Assembly: GCA_038064475.1 (NCBI GenBank)
Contig: JBBTTA010000002.1
Location: 83,195-147,194, forward strand
DNA length: 64,000 bases
Direction of reading: 5' to 3'
Source of the DNA: Patescibacteria group bacterium
GTDB lineage: Bacteria > Patescibacteriota > Minisyncoccia > Phycocordibacterales > EsbW-18
The notes below the pieces were generated by a model. That model ran no database searches and had not been told where the DNA came from. It worked only from the letters and a program-made list of their open reading frames with translations. This document shows, piece after piece, positions 59,216 to 64,000 of this stretch. How positions within the stretch are numbered: the first letter of the stretch is position 1; each line of letters starts with the position of its first letter. Made by a program: the position numbers and the translations under genes.

Positions 59216-60499
59216 TTATCCAGTCCAGTGATAGGTCAAAATACTAAAGTCAGCAAGGTTTATCACACCGTCGCTATTTAGGTCATATGCTGCCGGAACA
59301 CCTTCTCTCCCTTGCCAATATGCAAGGATTGAAAAGTCGACAAGATTCACACGACCGTCCTTATTGAAGTCTCCCTTAAGCGCCCGTGTGGGACTCGCAA
59401 GATGAATAGCAAGACCAAATGGGCTTCGTGCATCCCCCACAGAGGCAAGTGAGCGAATCGCAAACCCTTCACCAAATAATTCTGGTGTTGGGAATGAGAC
59501 GCTGTAGCGTCCGTCATTATCAGACACATCTGTTTGTATCGCAAGTGTTGCTGGACCATCAGTTACAACAACAGCGACGGTTGCGTTGGGCACTGTCTCA
59601 CCAAAAACTCTAAATGTGTCGTCTGTGTTTGTCGCAAAGGAGAGTGTTGGCGGAATAAAGATACGCAACGATGACGTCAACGCTCCTTGCAGAAGCGTTA
59701 CCGGAAACGATAACAAACCGGAACGCACACCACTCGTATCGATACCATACACCGTAAAAATGTATGAGCCCGAGGATACATCACTCAACGGCACAGTAAA
59801 TGTGCCGTTTCTATCAACACTGATTTCTTTCGCAAAGATTCCGTCCTTCAGGATACGCACAATACCGTTTGGATGTGCATATCCGAAAAAAACAACGGTG
59901 GAGGTGCGTCCTCGAGAACTACTCGTGCCATCACCTTGGTCATCATCTTCGTCTTCTTCGTCCTCATCATCTGGAGTTGTGAGCGACACTGGTGTTGATG
60001 TACCGATTTGATTGCCGAACGCGTCGGCAACGACAACAACAAAGTAGTAGGTCGTGTCGGGTGTTAGATCGGTTGTTGTTGCGGCAAGATCAAGGTTTAC
60101 GTTCGTGTATGTGTATGGGCCATCTTCATCGTTTGCTGATACACCGTAGCGATAACTCGTCACACTCCATCCGAGGTAGGCTTGTGCTGCCGTCCACGAA
60201 ACGCTCGCCGTGCTTGTACCGATAAGTGTTGCGGTGAGTTGTGGTGTCACAACAACAGGGAATGGGAGAAATCCGTACTTTTGTGATGATGACGCAGTTG
60301 ATGATGTGCCGGTAAACACAAGATCGGTTGAAGTAAAGAGTCCAAAGTTGTCACTTTCAGACCATGTACCGCCTCCGCTCATAACGGGATCTTTGACAAT
60401 AAAGTTGTCGCTACGAAGCTCGGTTGCTTCTGAAACACGAATTCCCCACACCAAAAAGAGTGTGAGGAAAACGAGTGCGAAGTTGAAATATCGCAGCAT
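59216..60499 (-). CDS. Secreted FN3-domain protein with a C-terminal type I dockerin
   Basis: Two Ca-binding repeats (DFNKDGRVNLVDFSILAYW and DLNSDGVINLADFSILTYHW). Start chosen at MLRYFNF to avoid overlap with 60525..60959. Confidence 0.6.
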   Translation of the reverse strand: MLRYFNFALVFLTLFLVWGIRVSEATELRSDNFIVKDPVMSGGGTWSESDNFGLFTSTDLVFTGTSSTASSSQKYGFLPFPVVVTPQLTATLIGTSTASVSWTAAQAYLGWSVTSYRYGVSANDEDGPYTYTNVNLDLAATTTDLTPDTTYYFVVVVADAFGNQIGTSTPVSLTTPDDEDEEDEDDDQGDGTSSSRGRTSTVVFFGYAHPNGIVRILKDGIFAKEISVDRNGTFTVPLSDVSSGSYIFTVYGIDTSGVRSGLLSFPVTLLQGALTSSLRIFIPPTLSFATNTDDTFRVFGETVPNATVAVVVTDGPATLAIQTDVSDNDGRYSVSFPTPELFGEGFAIRSLASVGDARSPFGLAIHLASPTRALKGDFNKDGRVNLVDFSILAYWQGREGVPAAYDLNSDGVINLADFSILTYHWTG

Positions 60500-60524
60500 C
60501 ACAGGAGTGTTACGGAAAACCCGT

Positions 60525-60959
60525 TTAGAGCTCTTCTTCTGTTGAAGTCTCTTCAGAAGTCTCGGCCGGTGCTTCTTCAGTTGTAGCTCCTTGTACCTCT
60601 CCTTCACCGATGTTCACCGGAGCAACCTCAACGACTTGATTGCGTGATGGCGAGTAGAGAATTGCTTTCTGTGCCTGTGCGTAGATCAAGACACGGTCTC
60701 CTTCCTCTGCATTTGCAAAGAATGGTTGATCTGCGAGAAGGGAAGGATCAGCAACAGTTGCAACTGTTGGAACTTCGTCTGCTGGCAAAAGAATGAGCTT
60801 CCCTACTTCTTCAACAAGTGCCGCTACTTCTTCTTCAGTAGCTGCGTTTGGATTATTCTTGAGCTCGTTGTACTTCGTAAAGAAGTAGTATGACGATGCT
60901 CCTAAGATAATCACGAGAATAACCAATATGGTAAGTGTATTTCGCTGTGATGAATTCAT
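60525..60959 (-). CDS. Hypothetical N-terminally anchored protein (paralog of 61198..61647)
   Basis: Shared core PTVATVADPSLLADQPFFANAEEGD. Confidence 0.5.
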   Translation of the reverse strand: MNSSQRNTLTILVILVIILGASSYYFFTKYNELKNNPNAATEEEVAALVEEVGKLILLPADEVPTVATVADPSLLADQPFFANAEEGDRVLIYAQAQKAILYSPSRNQVVEVAPVNIGEGEVQGATTEEAPAETSEETSTEEEL

Positions 60960-61197
60960 ATCAAATTAAAACTTACAACAATAAAAAGGTGCGTTACCCC
61001 ACTACGTACCGTGCCTAAAAGTATAGCACAAAAGAATCAACGCAATATCCCCAGCACCCTTGAGTGCCGAAAGCACTCAAGGGTGCTTTTTCCCCAAAGT
61101 ATCAAACGCTGAGCGTTTGATACTTTTTCCACCGGTAAGGCAACGCCTTACCGGTGGACGGGTCTGTTTTTTGTTCTTTGCTACGCTGGCGAAAAAT

Positions 61198-61647
61198 CTA
61201 CTCTGTTCCGTCAAGGTTTACTTCTCCTTCTGTTTCGATTGATGTTTCTTCTTCTATCACAGGCCCTGGTGGTAGGGGTGTCTGGTCTGTTTCAGTCAAG
61301 GTAATGGTTGCGATGTTCACAACCTTATCGAGTGTTGGATTATAGAGCACAGCTTTCTGTGCGATTTGATACACAAGCACCTTATCTCCTTCTTGAGCAT
61401 CGGCAAAGAATGGCTGATCTGCTAGTGTCGAGGGGTCTGCAACCGTTGCAACCGTTGGTATTTCCCCCTCCGGAAGAACAACAAGACGCCCTATTTTCTC
61501 CACAAGCGCCTGTACCTCTTCTTCGCTTGTGCCTTGATTTCCTGTGATCTGTGCTTCCGTATACTTCTTATAGAAATAGTATGTGCTTCCGACTGCTCCA
61601 ATAAGAAGGATAAAAAGAATGACAATGATTTTTGCTGCTCGGTTCAT
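61198..61647 (-). CDS. Hypothetical N-terminally anchored protein (paralog of 60525..60959)
   Basis: PTVATVADPSTLADQPFFADAQEGD. Three tandem terminator hairpins downstream at 61049-61160. Confidence 0.5.
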   Translation of the reverse strand: MNRAAKIIVILFILLIGAVGSTYYFYKKYTEAQITGNQGTSEEEVQALVEKIGRLVVLPEGEIPTVATVADPSTLADQPFFADAQEGDKVLVYQIAQKAVLYNPTLDKVVNIATITLTETDQTPLPPGPVIEEETSIETEGEVNLDGTE

Positions 61648-61798
61648 ATATATAATGAATGGTTATGAATTGCTCGTATGGTTTAAACCCCCGTATGCCC
61701 CTTTTACTCACATGCTCCCTTACTTACATACTCCCTTATTTATGCTTAGTGCCATTAGAATACCAGATTTTCGTAAGGCAACAACAGGTACTTGGAGG

Positions 61799-62473
61799 CT
61801 AAGCCTCCAAGAGAACCTCTCTTAGGTCTTTTTCGTCCTCCTTCCTTTTTATTATGTCCTTTAGGGTATTTCTACTAAAAACCATATAGTCTGTGTTTGA
61901 TGAAAAGCGCTTAAGGACAATGTCCTTTTTACAAAAATTGGTCGTCTCAATACCAAAATACTCTTCCTTACTCGACATTGATAACTTGGAGGCTAAGCCT
62001 CCAAGTTGATGTGCTTCATGGTTAAGGTTAATGTATACGCTTAAGTGAAGGAGGTATTCATCTGTTGATACGTGTTTTGCTTTATACGGACCTTGAAAGA
62101 GCCCCCCATTTCTTTCATATTTTTCATTGAAATACATTGTGTATCCCGTCCCTAAACGTTGCATAAACTTTTCAATCCCTTTCTCCTCAATTTGCTTCAA
62201 AATAAAGTGGTAATGATTTTGATTTAAACAATAGGCAACAAATTCAACAAGCTGCCCCTTGGAGGCTAAGCCTCCAAGGGGCTTTCGGTACTGCAATTCA
62301 AAAAGACTTCCGATTGGCTCAAGGACATTGAACTCGTTCATGCATAGAAAAAATCTTTCCATATCTTCCTTGCAAAGAAAAACATCACGCTTATCCGTAC
62401 CGCGATTATAGATGTGATAGTATTCACCAGCAGCAAAAAGTGTCTTTCTCATCCTTGGAGGCTTAGCCTCCAA
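61799..62473 (-). CDS. IS200/IS605-family HuH (Y1) transposase / REP-associated tyrosine transposase-like, carrying in-frame palindrome insertions
   Basis: YHIYNRG...HYHFIL (HuH) motifs. The 21-nt palindrome is translated as LGGLASK twice internally and also covers the start (MEAKPPR). Confidence 0.6.
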   Translation of the reverse strand: MEAKPPRMRKTLFAAGEYYHIYNRGTDKRDVFLCKEDMERFFLCMNEFNVLEPIGSLFELQYRKPLGGLASKGQLVEFVAYCLNQNHYHFILKQIEEKGIEKFMQRLGTGYTMYFNEKYERNGGLFQGPYKAKHVSTDEYLLHLSVYINLNHEAHQLGGLASKLSMSSKEEYFGIETTNFCKKDIVLKRFSSNTDYMVFSRNTLKDIIKRKEDEKDLREVLLEA

Positions 62474-62532
62474 GGAGTATACGGATTCCAGATAAAATAT
62501 ATTTAAACTTGGAGGCTAAGCCTCCAAGTCGA

Positions 62533-63120
62533 TTAGAAACGCCAGGAGGTCATGAGGTGTGCAAGCCATGTGTCGAGGTGTGCATAGGTGGTTATTTCAT
62601 AGAGATACCCGTCGTGGATAATCCACACCTCTCGTGTTTTTCCAATACCATCGGCATTACCCCAAAACAGCAACGCTTCGGTGCCATCTCCTAATACAGC
62701 AACTTGTGGATCTTCGACAACTGTACCCGGTACATCACGGTTGATGATCTGTGGGGTGATAACTGAGACCGGTTCTTCTGGCTCATACGGTGTTATGTAG
62801 ACTTGGAATCCTTGTTTTTGCTCAACTGAAACACCGGCATCGCTTTCTCGCTGTAAAATAATTGTTTCAGCTCCTTCGCCTTCTGTGTACGCATGCACCT
62901 CAAGATCTTTAGGGAGTTCTATCGAGAAACCTCGCTCCGGGTGTGTAAATGTGGAATACCCCTCACCTAGAATAGTCCCTGTTGTCAGTGCACTCTCCCC
63001 AAACTCAAACGGACCGACCCTATCCTTGGAGGCTAAGCCTCCAAGGATAAGGAAAAGCGCACCCGCACCTAAAATAGCGAGTAGAATAAGGACTAAAAGT
63101 ATTTTGAATCTTGTTTTCAT
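62533..63120 (-). CDS. Hypothetical secreted protein with an in-frame palindrome-encoded LGGLASK after the signal helix
   Basis: 195 aa, N-terminal TM/signal. Palindrome copy at 63024-63044 falls within the coding frame. Confidence 0.45.
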   Translation of the reverse strand: MKTRFKILLVLILLAILGAGALFLILGGLASKDRVGPFEFGESALTTGTILGEGYSTFTHPERGFSIELPKDLEVHAYTEGEGAETIILQRESDAGVSVEQKQGFQVYITPYEPEEPVSVITPQIINRDVPGTVVEDPQVAVLGDGTEALLFWGNADGIGKTREVWIIHDGYLYEITTYAHLDTWLAHLMTSWRF

Positions 63121-63230
63121 ATCTTCTGGGCGCCCTTGGAGGCTAAGCCTCCAAGTGGCTGGCCGACATCCGATGTCGGCCAGCGTATTAATCAGCTTGA
63201 TAATCAGCTTGATCTAATCAGCTCACTCAA

Positions 63231-64000
63231 TTAAAACATACGCACCGTGCGGAGGCGGACGTTTCCATACAAACGCACACGCAATAATCCTTGTGTGGTG
63301 ATTTCTGGAATGACGGTGTACCCACCGAGCACACCACCATCGCTTTGCACGGCACGGATGCAGTAGGTTGTATTGGGAGATGCTGTAAGATCTTTGAGAG
63401 CAAAATCCCACAAACCATCCTGACTAAAGGGAATTGTCGCAACAGAATTAGTAAAGTTGTTAAAGTTTTCAAAATCTTGTGCAACGACGGTGTGTGCTGA
63501 CCCTGTCGTTGTTGCATGTTGTGGATCTAAGTTATTTGCGGTCAAGTTGGTTCCATCTACAGGAATGGTGCTTGCTGTTGATACATTCCATGCTATAGAA
63601 AGGTCGTACTCGTCGATATCGCTGCTACCAAAATTTTGTGCCACATACATCTTCAATCCATCTGGTTTGAAAAAAAACCCAGTGGGGCCTGTGCTCTCTG
63701 AATTGATGTTTTTTGCTTGAAGAAATGATGCGGTCGAAACATCCCATGCAGTTCCGAGGTTATATTCATTAACCTCTTCTGGTACAGTTTTTTCTCCAAC
63801 ATACATTTTCAGTCCGTCGGGTTTGAAAAAAAGACCCCAGGAGTTTGTACCTTCTGCAGAAATACTCTTTGCCTGAAGAAATGAAGCAGTTGATACATTC
63901 CACGCTGTAGAAAGGTTGTACTCATTCACCTCATTGTCGCTGGCCCCAAGTATATACATTTTTAGTCCGTCGGGTTTGAAAGAGACTCCATCTGGGCCTG
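63231..64000 (-). CDS. Repeat protein (~45-aa tandem repeats, EYNL.TAW.VSTASF...FFKPDGLKMYV), N-terminus beyond the window
   Basis: Frame stays open to nt 64000 and continues the FKPDGLKMY repeat. At least three repeats lie inside the window. Confidence 0.5.
   Translation of the reverse strand, partial: GPDGVSFKPDGLKMYILGASDNEVNEYNLSTAWNVSTASFLQAKSISAEGTNSWGLFFKPDGLKMYVGEKTVPEEVNEYNLGTAWDVSTASFLQAKNINSESTGPTGFFFKPDGLKMYVAQNFGSSDIDEYDLSIAWNVSTASTIPVDGTNLTANNLDPQHATTTGSAHTVVAQDFENFNNFTNSVATIPFSQDGLWDFALKDLTASPNTTYCIRAVQSDGGVLGGYTVIPEITTQGLLRVRLYGNVRLRTVRMF

Larger units (their letters stand above)
61791..63155. repeat. Seven copies of the perfect 21-nt palindrome cttggaggctaagcctccaag (REP-like)
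   Basis: Copies at 61791, 61985, 62258, 62454 (variant gcttagcc), 62508, 63024, 63135. Irregular spacing. Several lie in-frame inside ORFs. Confidence 0.8.

Noticed and set aside
61791-63155. CRISPR array, from regularly sized ~21-nt repeats
   Set aside because: Repeats are perfect palindromes with very irregular spacing (50-510 nt). They lie inside ORFs and next to a HuH transposase, which is REP-like rather than CRISPR. No cas genes.

Overview
This is a 64 kb, roughly 45-47% GC bacterial window with compact operons. It carries many tRNAs and a complete type IV pilus/competence locus, and lacks biosynthetic genes. By inference this resembles a reduced-genome (CPR/Patescibacteria-like) organism. 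Housekeeping content: dnaE (5' partial), thrS, tag, ftsK, recA, efp, rpsF-ssb-rpsR, tatD, metG, gatCA, ligA, comFC, tyrS, msrB, mutY-like, recO, ileS. There are six tRNA genes; one (anticodon GGU) is split by a ~195-nt group I-like intron. A minus-strand T4P operon runs pilM-N-O-B-T-C, two pilA, pilD, then four minor pilin-like genes. A cohesin/dockerin surface-protein cluster is also present. Most notable findings: (1) A ~2 kb GC-rich island sits between tRNA-Ser(GCU) and a 20-nt direct repeat of its 3' end, and carries a prokaryotic viperin-like radical-SAM gene (pVip candidate). (2) A family of tRNA-targeting insertion scars shares the junction '...agtgattcgtgacc' followed by a duplicated tRNA 3' end (Asp, Met, Ser). 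(3) A REP/RAYT-like locus has seven copies of a perfect 21-nt palindrome (cttggaggctaagcctccaag); several are inserted in-frame in ORFs as LGGLASK. (4) Minor pilins have unusually long conserved leaders built on heptanucleotide tandem repeats, a repeat type that recurs across the window. (5) ileS contains an inserted histidine-phosphatase (PGAM-like) domain. Several other intergenic repeat families and small GC-rich patches are noted. Everything is inferred by eye from the sequence and the ORF track; no searches were run.
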